Counted from the first letter of the whole stretch, positions 11,334-24,167 are shown. The stretch: DNA of 63,931 bases, filler included, from Octopus bimaculoides (GCF_001194135.2; 5 parts of 4 records of this genome joined end to end with filler, not necessarily neighbours in it), one strand, 5' to 3'. Made by a program: numbers and translations. The notes: generated from the sequence alone by a model not told the origin.

Positions 11334-11466
11334 TTATTCTTATACAAGAATGTTGTTGACAGTGATTTCAAGTTTTGGTCAGCTAAACCATCACTGGAGT
11401 GGTGATGATGCCTTAACTGGCTGAAACTTCAAAGTCACTATCAATAACATTCTTGTGTAAGAATAA
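11334..11466. repeat. Imperfect foldback of two inverted copies of a degenerate hammerhead-like unit
   Basis: Arms align with mostly transition differences. The right arm reads GTGATGA-T-GCC-ttaact-GGC-T-GAAA-CT-tcaa-AGTC-ACT (GTC triplet 11434-11436). Confidence 0.7.
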
Positions 11467-11558
11467 TGTGTGTGCGTGTGTATGTGTGTGTGTGTGTGTA
11501 TGGCGGTTGGCTTGTTAATCAAGTATGACTTTTCCCAACACCAACACTGACAGAATAC

Positions 11559-11622
<64 letters not shown>

Positions 11623-12519
11623 CAAACTAGTTAAAATTAACAACAATAACCACACAAATAATACACATACAGACATTAATGTAGTGTAATTTAGTAACTT
11701 CAATGGTAGTTCCAGTTTAATTATTGTTACATACAAACAGAATAAAATGTTCGAATAAAGATAAGTAATTATAAGAGATAAATCAAAAGTGATTTAGCTA
11801 TAGAAATGAATAAATAAACAACAGTTATATACAAATTTGATTCAGAACCATTGATAAGAAAATTTTATAGAGTGAAATATTACAGTTTTGAAAATTACTA
11901 CAAGATGTTTAGAGATAGTTTATATATTGTTTGACCGGAAATGACTCTTTAGTTCAGCAAGAGATTTACAAAATTTTCCACACAGACAACACGAAAACAC
12001 TTAATTTAGTTTTCTAACTGCTGCTGAAAATTGATATTGTGACGTTTCATATGCCTGGTCAACCAAGATTTACTTCTGCAGATATTACAAACCACAAGAT
12101 AGTTCAACAAACTGTAACAGTGAATAGCAAGTAGGAGGCCTAAATAATTGCTTCCTCTTATGATTTACTAGTCCAGTTTGGGAGAGACAAAATACGCTTG
12201 CAGGTATCACAAGTAAAGAGAGAAGAATCATTAACCACAAACGAACCTTTTCATACCTCTCTTTTTATCATTGCATGTTTCCACTTGTAGCTCCCAGACA
12301 TGTAACCAGTTAGTGGGCGTGAGCACATAAAAGGGGCTGTGATACATACCAGACAATTTTTTACTCATTTCTCTAATATTAAATGAAATATTTCATTAGT
12401 TATAATATACATAATTGTATTCAACATTCATTAATTTCATGTTTCAGTAACAATGTCATTATATATGAAACTTACAGCTACTGATATAGGTGTGATGTGA
12501 AAAAGATGAAACTCCATAA

Positions 12520-14890
12520 GATCATCCAGTGTCAAGAATCTATGATGTCAGAGTTTGATTTGGTTCTTCAGATGTCAGCAGCCAGCAACACATCACAGGA
12601 GATTGAGCAGACAGTTCAAAAACATGGGTGATTGGTTAAATAAAGTAATGACAACAGAAAGTTCTCCCAAGGTCATGCAATTAACAAAAAAAGATTCGAC
12701 TTTTATTGCATGAGTGAGCTAAAGAGTTTTTTTTTTTAATTCTTGAAAAGGCACCGATTTTGAAAATCGTGCTCAGTGGTTGGGGGAGTGATTACTTCCT
12801 TTGCTCCCCTATTAGCTACATCAATAGTAGCACCTTCCAGGATTTCATTCCTCCATTTTGGCCAATCCATTGCATCACTCTCCCAATTTACATGCACCAT
12901 TTCAAAGTTCTTTAGTGAGCTTCTAATTGAATCTTTGAAATGCATTTTGGATTTGCATTGAGGCCTCTTTTATCTGCCCATATTACAGTTGTTTGGCCTT
13001 GCATTGATCAGATTCCCTTAACAGATGACCATTACAGCAAAGTCTGTGTCAATGAATTTCAGTTTCAATACTATTCTCACCAGCATGCTCAAGTATTTCA
13101 GTATTCGGTACCTTGTGCTTTCATTTGATTTTCAGTATAAAGCACAAAGAGTCATCATCTAATGAACAAACATGATTCAGCAAGCTTCCAGGGTATACAA
13201 ATTTGTCTACAACATTCAATTTTGTGTTTTGAAGAAAAATATCAGGTTCACAGCTGGTTAAAATATGCATAACAAGAGCTTTACATAAACTTATTGTAAG
13301 CCCAAAGGCCATACAGGATTCATCAAGTTTAAGTATTCGGTGCTGCCTATCATTGATTGAATGGATTACCAAGTCACAGTCATCTGCATGCAATAAATCA
13401 CTTATTAGAAAGGTAAACATCTTTGTTTTTTTGCTGAAAGCTTTTCCAAATTAAATAATTTAACAGTGCTTCTGCACTGAATATATAGACACTTTCCCTG
13501 CAATCTTTGAAAGCACAACCAAAAAGTATAGGGAAAATAAAGTCAGCCCCAAAATATCTCCTTGCTTCAATTTGTTTTACACTTTAAAGGATTCTGAAAA
13601 AACTCCACTGTTAACAAATGTGTTCATCATCATCATCAGCATCATCATTTAACATCCGTTGTCCGTGCTGGCATGGTCATCATGTTTATGAAATGTATTA
13701 GGCAGTCAAGCTTACACAAAAATCTCCCATAATGCATGCCTATTCACTGTGTCAAAGGCCTTTGTCAAATCAGCAAAGTCCTGGACTAAATCTAGATTCT
13801 GTTCTTGACACTTTTATTACAACTGACGTGGAGAGATCATAGAGATTCTGAGAGAACATTCAGTGAAATATTATCATTTAATTGTGCAAAGAGAACTGCA
13901 CTGAGTGTTTTATCAGCAGAGGATAAGAGTGTGATTCCTCTTCATTATCAACACTCATCTTGCTCTTTTTCCATTATAAATGGAATTATAATACCATCCC
14001 ACCAAACTTTAGATACTGCTCCTAACTCCCTTACATTACAAAGTATTTGATGCATTAATTTTCCCATTTGATTACCTCCAAACTAGAAAATATCTAGTGT
14101 GATTCCAACTATTCCTGGTGCTTTTCCAGGATTAAATTTATTAAATTGAGACTTGAACATTTGCAGTTGAAGAAATATTACTTAATTCATAAATGATTGG
14201 CATAATGCTAAAGACTGGAGATGATATCATTATCGACATTAAAATTTTGGGTAAAAAAGTCTGAAAACTGCTTCTTCCATCATTTTACAATAGCTTCCAT
14301 TGATACAAAAAGTATTTCCTCATTGCTTGAACATTAAGTTGTAATTTTTGCAGCTTTTGGACCATATGTTTTTTTCATGAGAACATAAAACTCTTTAGTA
14401 TTATGGTATTCAGCAGCTGATTGAAAATCTTTTGACAAATTTACCCACTAATTTTCTTTCATAACTCTTATTGCTCTCTGTACTCTGCTTTCACTTGTTT
14501 TAGCTCATCTTGTATCTTTTTGTATCTATTTAAGGGATAAATTCATCTGAAGAAGTGATTTTCTGAGTGCAGACTTATGCTCAAGTTGCTAAATTATCTC
14601 TACACTATTTTCATCAAACTAATACTAATTATTATCAGCTTTTTGAATTCCAAGGAATCTCCCCATGAAAATGCATGAAAAATGCTCCTTGTAAACTTCC
14701 AACACATTAGGATCTTTAAGCTTGCCTTCATTGATACATTTTGGTAGGGTTTTATTGTTATACTGTCTGAGCCAAGGATGTATCGTCATTCTAATTTTTT
14801 GCTCTAACAAGTGTATTATCTAACCAACAATCTGCTCATTTTAAGGAATGTACTTTAAATACATCTTTTGCCTGACAATTAGAAAATCAC
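12520..14890 (-). mobile_element. Decayed RTE/BovB-like LINE (linker, RT, C-terminus)
   Basis: DFADLTKAFDTVNRHALW (about 13730-13790), LLHADDCDLV...LTISLCKALVM...LNVVDKFVYPGS (13121-13420). Many stops. Boundaries approximate. Confidence 0.8.
13624..13678 (-). mobile_element. Retroposon 3' tail fragment within the RTE relic
   Basis: (CAT)n-ttaacatccgttgtccgtgctggcatgg, resembles the reverse complement of 11034-11077. Confidence 0.5.
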
Positions 14891-15369
14891 TTTGATACCA
14901 CTGTTTGTGCCACTCCAAGTGTTTCTTATATTTTTAAATGTTATATTTTTATAAATTTTTATATTTTTTATGTTCATTTTTTTTTTATATATCTTATATA
15001 TTATATTCATATATTATATTTTCTTAAACCCCTGTTGTCTTGTAAGTCATTCTAGTGGGTGTTACAGCATAGTATCCTACATGGATACTCTGATGTAACA
15101 TCCACAAGAATTGCTGAGCCAAGCAACTTGCTTCAGCTTGTCTTCAGAACACTTAACACTAGTAGGGAGAATCTTTACAATGCATTGCAAGACTTAAATT
15201 CTGTATTGGCCCTCCTAACATCATTGTTAACTGTTCATGTTGTCTTCATTGTTATGTCTTATTGCCCCTTTATATTCTTTTGTCATTTTGCCATGTCCTT
15301 TTGCCTTTTTGTGTCGCAAGACCTGTAGCAATGGAAAGGTGGCATAGAAAAAACACCTGCCATAAAAAA

Positions 15370-15462
15370 CATAAGTGCTGGGGTCAATTTGTTCAATTAA
15401 ACCCTTCAGTTGGAGCTACAGCTTGGCTACAGTCCAATGTCTGAATCAAATAAAAGATAAAG
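15370..15462 (+). mobile_element. Old SINE family A tail fragment
   Basis: ctggggtcaatttgttcaattaaacccttc...cagtccaatgtctgaatcaaataaaagataa resembles the tails at 22585-22672 and 51585-51676. Confidence 0.6.
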
Positions 15463-15863
15463 ATCACAGAAATTTAACCATTTTTATCACTAGGAACATT
15501 CAAAATACATTCTTTTTAAATATCAACAGAACATACTAGCCTTACATTGGGAATAGTAATGTACATTCTTCTGTTATTAATCTCTTATTGTTTAGATTGA
15601 ATCTTATTACTTCTACTGAGATGTCAATAAGATAAAAATTAGGTTATTTATTATGTTAAAAAATCTTGTGCTTATAGTTGTACTAATGGCTGTCTCTGAC
15701 CAATAGGTTGTGCATCAGTAGATGTCTCAACTAAGGTACATTACAGCTTCAAGGCCTCAAAGCCTAAAAAAAAAAAAAAAACTCTGTCTAGGGATATCAG
15801 AAGGTTATTGATAATTAAAAGATGTAAATTATGCCATCAGTGTGAAATTACAAAGTTTTATCA

Positions 15864-16397
15864 TTATTACCTCTGCCTTAGCAAAGGCAGAGGTATTGTT
15901 TTCAGTCGTATTTGTTTGTTTATCCGTGGACAAGATATCTCAAGAACCGCTGGATGGATTTGGATGGAACTTTCAGGGATGTCTGGCCTCATGACTGGCA
16001 CAAATTGATTAGGTTTTGGGATCGATCTGATATAGTACAAGGATTCTGCATTATTTGTTATAGTTACTTATGATTACAATCTTATGTTAACTTTCAAGTC
16101 TTTCTCAAATATCTCCCTTTAGGCTGTAATTATTTTGAATGATGAATTTGTCAACTTTGGCTTGTATTAGATAAGGATAAACTACTTATTACTGTTGATA
16201 AATTTTCTACAGCCACCTTCACATTCCATGACTACCATTGGGATCGATCAGGTACCAGACAAGGATACTGGATTTGTTTGTGAGAGCTGTTGAGTTTATT
16301 TCAGATATTCTCATTTTAAAAATCATCTCTGACTAATTACTGAGAGGACGTTGGTGTTGCCTTAGTGGAGGTTTGTGCTCTCTGAGTTCTCTTGTTT
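15864..16397 (+). mobile_element. Non-autonomous Helentron-associated (HINE/DINE-1-like) element
   Basis: 5' hairpin TACCTCTGCCTT-agca-AAGGCAGAGGTA (15868-15895) followed by gttttc...tttgtttgttt. The 3' end ccttagtggaggtttgtgctctctgagttctcttgttt repeats the subterminal motif. This matches the HINE layout. Confidence 0.65.
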
Positions 16398-17112
16398 GTA
16401 ATGTAATACTGAATTTTGATTCCTTAATTTTCTGAAACCTTTAAATATAGCTAAAATATGCTTTTGTAGCTTTTAAGACCAATAGAACTCTGTTCCTTTA
16501 ACTTAAAAAAACCTTTAGACAAAGCCACATTACCTTTTCTTGTAATAGCTAATATAAACTTCGCATATTTCAAAATAGATATTTCAAACGTTTTAAATAA
16601 CTTCATTACTGTCCAACTCTTTTTTTACTGACATATTTGATTATGAAAATTAACTTTTTGCTGCAAATTGTATTGGTAAAATTTAAATTACAAATTAATT
16701 TTACTATTTCAACTAGACTAAGATTGCAGTTTATTTAAAGAAATGCTGGTAATAGCCATTGCCCATTGATTCATCTTCACTGTCTTCCTTTCTCCCTTCA
16801 TCTATTTCTCTACACATTCCACCTGCCTTCTTTTGCTTTACAATCCATCATCTACAAAGTCATCTTAATTGAAACCTTCTCTCACATCATTATATTCTAT
16901 GGCACTCTTAAAACTACTTAATATACCTTGTCTGTTAAATTTGTTTTTCTGATTAATGCTTTCACTTTTTTCCTACTGTGTAGCTATTTAAATATTTAAA
17001 CTGTAAATACTTATTTACATCCCTAAACAAATGCCTTTTAGAAGTGAAATGGATTATAACATGTAAAAAAAATTAATAAAATATATATCAATATATGTAT
17101 GTATGTGCATGT

Positions 17113-17164
<52 letters not shown>

Positions 17165-17450
17165 TCTGTTGGTAATAAAAGGTTTCTCTCTCAAAGTGAA
17201 AAGCAGATTGTATAATACCTGTGTGCAAACAGCAATGTTACATTGTAGTGAGATGTGAGCATTCGATGCAGAGGACTTGTGAAGACTAGAAAGAAATTAA
17301 GCTAGCATGCTCCATTTAATATGCAAATCAGTGTGCCTGAATGACAAAGTAAAAATGTGTTGAGAGAAAAACTGGGTATAACTGGAATTGGATGTAGTGT
17401 GCAAGAGAGAAGACTGAACTTGTACAGTGATGCATATGAATGAGAACACC
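17165..17450 (+). mobile_element. RTE LINE C-terminal fragment
   Basis: GFSLKVKSRLYNTCVQTAMLHCSEM*...RLERN*ASML...LREKLGI...VQERRL (RTE-type LY...V...LHGSETW region). Confidence 0.75.
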
Positions 17451-17549
17451 TGCTTTGCATTTTACATGGATGGTTGGCGGTGGCTGGAGTGGTGCCTCAA
17501 AAAGTGGTAAATGTGATTACAAGGTCCCAGAACATACCCACAAGGTTAC

Positions 17550-17810
17550 TGTTGTAATGTATTTTGTTACGTACAATAAATAAGATAACCAGACAACAGT
17601 AAAAACAATGTAATGAACTAGCAAATCTCTTTACAAAGCAACAATCAATGTTCCTTGTGAACTAACCAACCAACACCTTTTGACTTCACTGCAAAGTAAG
17701 ACGAACTTGACTTGACTCCGAACTCTGAACTTACTCAAATTGTTACTATTTATACTTTACTCAGACCAGTCTATCTTTCAAAAAGGGGCATTGTAACTCT
17801 CATCACAACA
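17550..17810 (-). repeat. 3' LTR of the Gypsy element
   Basis: Aligns along its length with 21875-22128 (caataaataagataaccagacaacagt...ctcatcacaaca). Confidence 0.9.
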
Positions 17811-18032
17811 TCTCCCCTTTTGAGATTTTAGCTATTGTGAGAAAGTGGAATTTCTTTTACTTTTATTTTTCCCTATCAGCACCTCTCCCACATTTTTTCT
17901 TAGCTGTTGTATCTTAATTGTTGCCCAACTTTCAAGGTAGTATTGTTTGTTGCACACAGCACTTTTCCTTTTCATTGTACTAAGCCTTTATGTATTTTTT
18001 TTTTTTCTTTTTTTGAAAATTTAATATCTTTT

Positions 18033-19030
18033 TCATTTAGGTATTACTTCCAGATATTCAGTCTGTTTTCGTTTTCTGAAGCTTGTTCTATGGGACTCAA
18101 TAGCTCTTGATCCTGGCACTTCAAACATATCATTGAAGACTTCCTTTGGAATCACCCTTCGTTCTACTGTTTGTCTCATCTTTAACTGGTTAAGTTGTCT
18201 CTTATGTTCTGAACGTTGTTCTTTAATTAAATACATCATGTTACCAAATCTTTTGATTTCACAGCCATCCTCCCAACCTTCTTTACCTTTTTTGTAATTT
18301 TTAAAATGAACTTTATTTCCTACTTTGAAATGTTTTGTAATATTAATATTTCTTGAATTCTCTTCAAATGTATATTTTGTCTTTCCTTTATATGTATTTA
18401 TTCTTGGCAATAATTTATTGAAGATCGATTTTATTTTATGTGCGAACATTAATTCTTCTGGTGACTTTCCTGAATTAATATTTACATTTAGCATTATTCT
18501 ATATACTCTCAAAAATTTTGTTAGTGCCTCGTCATTATCTAACTTGTTCCTAGCTTTTCTTAGAGCTCTTTTGAATATGATGATAAATCTTTCCACCTGC
18601 CCACTTGGCCTCAGGTGGTAGGGCAGGGTAAACATGTGCTTTTATGGTATGTATTTTGCAGAAATGTCTTAATTCATATCCTGTGAATTGTATTCCATTA
18701 TCTGAAACTAACATGTCTGGAACACCATATCGAGCAAATAACTCAAGTAGGAACTTTATTGTTGTCTTTGCTGTGGGTTTATTACATCTGTATACCTCTG
18801 GCCACTTTGTATAGCTATCCAGCATAGTCGATATGTATTCGGGACCATGGGCTCTCAGTCTCTGGTCACGATTGGTATTTTACTGGTGGTGCTTTGGTTG
18901 CCAACGCACAACCCCTACATGCTTTCACCAGTTTCTTGATGTTCCTGTCCATAGTTGGCCAATATACAAAGTTCTTCCTTAAAGCTTTCATTCTGGTCAT
19001 TCCTGGGTGCCCCCAGTGGAATTGTTGCAA
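18033..19030 (-). pseudogene. Gypsy integrase remnant (HHCC + DDE core)
   Basis: GHPGMTRMKAL...YWP...C..C; DSYTKWPEVY...VPDMLVSDNGIQFTG; PSGQVERFIIIFKRAL; frameshifted. Confidence 0.85.
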
Positions 19031-19381
19031 TACTCATTTCTGTAGTGCACTTGGTAATACAACTCCCCATGCATACTTTAAGACATCGTTGCATAGTGAG
19101 AAATTATTTGAATTTGTAATTTTATTATGCTTGTTTTTCAATGTTTCTTTCATTCTTATAATCTAACTATCTTCTATGGACTTCATTTTTATTGAAGTTA
19201 CTGGATTATATTACACACAATACTTCTTACTTCATTTTCTGACTGCAGTGATGGTCTCTTCTAGTGGTTCCACACTCTTAGGAATAAGCCTCGATAAACA
19301 GTCTGCATAACCAATTTTCTTCGATGGAATATATTGCATCTTAAAATTGCAGTTCAGCAATATTGAACCCCTGAATTGTAG

Positions 19382-20640
19382 TCAGTTCACTGTATGAGTA
19401 GGCAGTCCTTTCTTTGATCCAAAAATTAATAGTAATGGTTGAGGGTTGGTTTGTAACAAAAAACTTTTACCATGTAGAAATTTGTGGAATTTTTTTACCA
19501 CAAAAATAATTAATAGAGCCTCCTTCTCTATCTGACTATACTTTTTTTCCACTACTATCAGTGAACAGGAAGCATGAACTATTGGCTTCATATTTCCATC
19601 TTTATACTTGTGTAGTAAGACTGCTCTTATTCCATACTCCAAAGCATCAGATGCTACAACAATGTCCATTCTACGATCAAAATGCACTAGTAACAAGTCA
19701 GAAATTAGTATTTTCTTTGTTTTCAAATGCATTTTGGCACTTTACTAACCAATTCCATCTTACTCCTTTTTTGTAGTAAATCATTTAACGGTACTCTCAA
19801 TTTATGTATATTTGGAATGTACTGTTGGTAGTCATTTACTAGGCCAAGGAAAGCTTGTAATGTTGGTATATTCGTTGGAGGAGGCATATTCTTGATTGCG
19901 TCTGACTTTGATGAGTCAAGATGTCTTCCATTCTTGTCTATGATTTGACCTAGGTATTTGATTTTATGCAAAAAAAAAAAACTTCACACTTCTCTTCACT
20001 GAGTGTGAAACCATAATCCTTAATTTTTTTTAAAGACACTTCACATGTTCGAAATGTTCATTCCACAATTCACTTTTGGTTAACACGTTATCCAGGTAAG
20101 GACTGGTAAATTGACAGTCTGCAAACATCACATCCACCACCTGTTGAAATATTCAGGTGCTACCTTCAGGCCAAAAGGTAGTCTATTGTATTTGTATAGA
20201 CCTCTGTGTGTGTCAACTATGAACAGCTTTGAGCATTTTTTACCTACTTAGATTTGTAGATATGTGTCAGACAGATTGAGTTTTGAAAATATTTTTCCTC
20301 CATTTAGTTTTGTAAAAATATCTTCTGAAGTTGGTAATGGATAATGGTTCATTTTTAAACAGTCATTTAAACCAGTCGAAAAATTGGCACACAACCTAAT
20401 TTTGTTATTTTTCTTTTTTATACGTACATTTGGAACTGCCTATTTTGTGTAATCCACTTTTTAAATGATTCTGCTTTTTCCAATCATCGTCCAATCATCA
20501 TCCACTTGCTTTATTGCCACAAAAGGCACTTTCCTATTAGGTTTGAACACAGGTGTAATGTTATCATCTAATTCAAAACACGCTTCAGTGTTTGTGCATA
20601 GACCTAGTTTGTTCAAGAGTACTTGCGGAAACATTTAAAA
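19382..20640 (-). pseudogene. Gypsy RT and RNase H remnant
   Basis: IRLCANFSTGLNDCL...YPLPTSEDIF..LNGGKIFSKLNL...THRGLYKYNRLPFGLKVAP...YLDNVL; IKYLGQIIDKNG; VASDALEYGIRAVL...YSQIEKEAL. Confidence 0.88.
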
Positions 20641-21009
20641 AATTTTCTCTTTAAATTCTTCAGATGAATTATTTTTAGAGGAACAACCATTTGTGTTTTT
20701 ACAATAGATATTTATTGGGAGGTCCCTAAATCGAATAATTCTAACCAATCAATACCAAATAGATCGGTTGCACTTTTAACAATGAAGACTTTCACCTTGC
20801 ATGTTTTCCCTCGAAATGTGACATTGGTTCACATTTCGCCTATGAAATGTAATTTGTCACCCATCACACTACAAGCAGATTTTGCTATTTTTCTCAACAT
20901 AGGTTTCCCTATTTTCTTCCATGTGTCCATATTTATTATTGAAATATCACTTCCAGTATCCAATTGAAGTTTAATACAGATTCCATTTATTTTTATGTAT
21001 ATTTTTATA

Positions 21010-21181
21010 GCGCAGGAGTGGCTGTGTGGTAAGTAGCTTGCTTACCAACCATATGGTTCTGGGTTCAGTCCCACTCCGTGGCACCTTGTCTTCTACTATA
21101 GCCTTGGGCCGACCAAAGTCTTGTAAGTGGATTTGGTAGACAGAAACTGAAAGAAGCCCATCACTTATATGCATATGTATG

Positions 21182-21220
<39 letters not shown>

Positions 21221-21397
21221 TTGTGTTTGTCCCCCAAACATCGCTTGACAACTGATGCTGGTGTGTTTATGTCCCGGTAACTTAGCGGTTCAGCAAAAAA
21301 AAAAGCGATAGAATAAGTGCTAGGCTTACAAAGAATAAGTCCTGGGGTCGATTTGATTGAAACAAGTAAAAGAGTAAAAGAGTAAAGAGTAAGAGTA
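21010..21397 (+). mobile_element. Full tRNA-SINE family A nested in the Gypsy element
   Basis: Head gcgcaggagtggctgtgtgg...gggttcagtccc, internal (TA)n(TG)n, tail ...aacaagtaaaagagtaaaag. Confidence 0.88.
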
Positions 21398-21874
21398 TGA
21401 ATTTTATTATTTGTGAGTCGATTTTTGTTTCTACTGAGAGCCCTCTAGGATTTTTAAAGGTTGACTTTCATAATTTTGTCCTGCAGTGTGAACTCTTGTG
21501 ACCAATTCTTTTGCAACTGTAACATTTCTGATTTTTAAATGGACAGTCTTTTCTGAAATGTTTGTCACCATATCTATAACATGGATTCAGATGTGGTGTT
21601 CTTTTTTGGTTGTACTTTTCCAGGCAAATTCACTAATCAAGTTCAAAACACTGTCTAGCGAAAACGAGCTTACCTCATTTTTGGACTTCTTTGAATATAG
21701 CTCCAATAATTGTTGTTGTTGTAGTTGTTGCTGTGATAGTTGCTTCTGCAACTCCTGTTACTCCTCTTGTTGTTGCTTTTGCAACTGTACTATGGGTCTT
21801 CCATTATTTAACAAGTTGTATCATGAACAAATTATTAAATAACCTACATGAACTTCAAAACCCTTGTCGCCAGA

Positions 21875-22128
21875 TGTTGTAACATAATTTGTTGCATACA
21901 ATAAATAAGATAACCAGACAACAGTAGAAACAGTGTAACGAACTAACAAATCTCTTTACAAACTAACAATCAATATTCCATGTGAACTAACCAACGGACA
22001 CCTGATGACTTCACTGTGGACTGACACAAACTTCACTTGACTCTGAACTTACTCAGATCATAACTATTTATACTTTACTCAGACTAGTCTATCTCTCACA
22101 AGGAGGTGTCGTAATTCTCATCACAACA
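21875..22128 (-). repeat. 5' LTR of the Gypsy element
   Basis: Matches 17550-17810 and is adjacent to the PBS. Confidence 0.9.
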
Positions 22129-22243
22129 GTTACATATTTAAGAACATGAGTTGAAGAGAGTATGAATATAGAAGAATCACCAAGAGTGGGTAAGTTTGCA
22201 AGAGTGTTAGATGAGAGTGATAGATGGATGTAAATATACATAA

Positions 22244-22672
22244 GTGCAGGTGTGGTGAGAAGCTTGCTTCCCAACCACATGGTTCCGGGCAGAGTCCCAC
22301 TTGTGGCATCTTGGGTAAGTGTCTTCTACTATAGCCTTGGACTGACCAAAGCCTTGTGAGTAGATCTGGTAGATGGAAACTGGAAGAAACCCATCATATA
22401 CATACATATATATATATATGTATGTATGTATGTATATGTATAATATGTATATATCTATGCGTGTGTCTTTGCGTCTGTGTTTGTCCCCTACCATTGCTTC
22501 ACAACTGGTGTCAACGTTCCCATAACTTAGTGGTTTGGCAAAGTGACCGATAGAATAAGTACTAGGCTTTAAAAGAATGAGCCCAGGAGTTGATTTGTTT
22601 GACTAAAACCCTTCAGGGTAGTGCCCCAGCATGGCTGCAACCAAATGACTGAAACAAGTAAAAGATAAAAGG
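22244..22672 (+). mobile_element. Full tRNA-SINE family A
   Basis: Same head, internal microsatellite and tail as 21010. Confidence 0.85.
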
Positions 22673-22676
22673 TATA

Positions 22677-22710
<34 letters not shown>

Positions 22711-22714
22711 TTGG

Positions 22715-22920
22715 GGTTTAGTCAGACAAATCAACCCTTTGTACTAATTCTATTGTACAATGTTTGCCAAACCACTAAGTTAGAGGTATGTACACAAACC
22801 TACATTGGTTGTCAAGCAGTGTGCGTGTGTGTACCCTACCACTGCTTCCCAGTCATATAGTTCCAGGTTCAATCTCACTGTGAGTAGGAAGCAAACTTCT
22901 TATTGCACAGTCACACCTCA
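22715..22920. mobile_element. Rearranged SINE family A fragments in both orientations
   Basis: Minus tail piece (ccaaaccactaagtt...gttgtcaagc), plus head piece (gcttcccagtcatatagttccaggttcaatctcactg), minus head piece (gaagcaaacttcttattgcacagtcacacct). Confidence 0.55.
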
Positions 22921-22923
22921 ACT

Positions 22924-23023
22924 NNNNNNNNNNNNNNNNNNNNNNNNNNNNNNNNNNNNNNNNNNNNTTAATTAATTAANNNNNNNNNNNNNNNNNNNNN
23001 NNNNNNNNNNNNNNNNNNNNNNN
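22924..23023. other. Artificial scaffold linker 44N-TTAATTAATTAA-44N
   Basis: Exactly 100 bp; identical construct at 44090, 57166 and 61629; 12-mer has stops in all six frames. Confidence 0.95.
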
Positions 23024-23066
<43 letters not shown>

Positions 23067-23325
23067 ATATATATATACGTATAATTGTAGGTATGTATGT
23101 ATATATATCACTTGGTGTGAATATCGAGAGACAAGTAGATATATAGATACAAATAGTAATTTAATAGACAATTCATAGACTAATTTAAATACATACGTTC
23201 AGGAAGTCACACATATGCTAACGTTCACGCATATACACAAATATTCATACTACACACAAATACACACTCACACACACAAACGCACACACACGGACGTACC
23301 CACAAACACATACATATATGCATGC

Positions 23326-23361
<36 letters not shown>

Positions 23362-23663
23362 GTATAACCACATATGTACGCGACCGTGTGTATGTATAAG
23401 TGTGTGTTTGTTCGTATGTATTTGTGCGTATATGTATACGGCGTGGCATTATGTGACCAGAAAGTGTATGTTAGTTGTGAATGAGAGTCCGTCTAAGTTT
23501 CCTTTGTTCCATGTACGTTCCAATCACGTGCTTAATCACAATATATACACAGTGTTAAATTTGAATAATCTGTTCAGGTATACAGAAATAATGTAAGACC
23601 TAATGAATATAATTACGTCTTCAACTGTCTCCCTTCCTTTTTCTGTATCTCTCTTTGTGGTAA

Positions 23664-24161
23664 CAGTAATCCCTCGACTATCGCGAGTGTTACGTTCCAA
23701 AACTCCCCGCGATAAGTGAAAATCCGAAGTAGAAACCGTACTGTACTGCATATATAAATATTTTTTTTTTTTTATATAATTTATATATATATAATTTATT
23801 ATGAGTGCAAACAACACCACACACTCACCTCCCGAGTTTCATTTTCCATACAATACGTGCGATTCTTTGTTTACTCATCAACGGTACACTACATATTTTC
23901 TCTTAATATATTTTAATTAATGTATTATACAGTGCCGTACCGTAATATATTTTTATTTATTAATTTATTAATTTTTAGGCGTGGAAATGTTTATTTTACC
24001 ACACAAATAATTAAAATCTCAAAGAATATAAATACCTATCGGCTGCAGAAACCCACAATATGCTGATGAGTCCGCGATATAAATTTACATATATTAGCCA
24101 GAAAAATCCGCGATGCACTAAGGGCGCGATATGTGAACCGCGATATGGCGAGTGATTACTG
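23664..24161. mobile_element. Tigger/pogo-like MITE (Tc1/mariner superfamily)
   Basis: TIRs cagtaatccctcgactatcgcg (23664-23685) and cgcgatatggcgagtgattactg (24139-24161). TA follows the right end; the left flank is degenerate (TAA). Confidence 0.75.
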
Positions 24162-24167
24162 TATATG

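Larger units (their letters stand above)
17550..22128 (-). mobile_element. Full-length decayed Ty3/Gypsy LTR retrotransposon (Mag-like)
   Basis: LTRs 17550-17810 and 21875-22128 (TG...CA); TSD GTTAC at 17545-17549 and 22129-22133; PBS-like TGGCGACAAGG 2 nt inside the 5' LTR; PPT AAAAGGGGAGA before the 3' LTR; domain order gag-RT-RNaseH-INT. Confidence 0.93.

Noticed and set aside
24063-24075. CTGATGAGTCC hammerhead-like start
   Set aside because: No GGAC-GAAA partner downstream; lies inside the Tigger-like MITE
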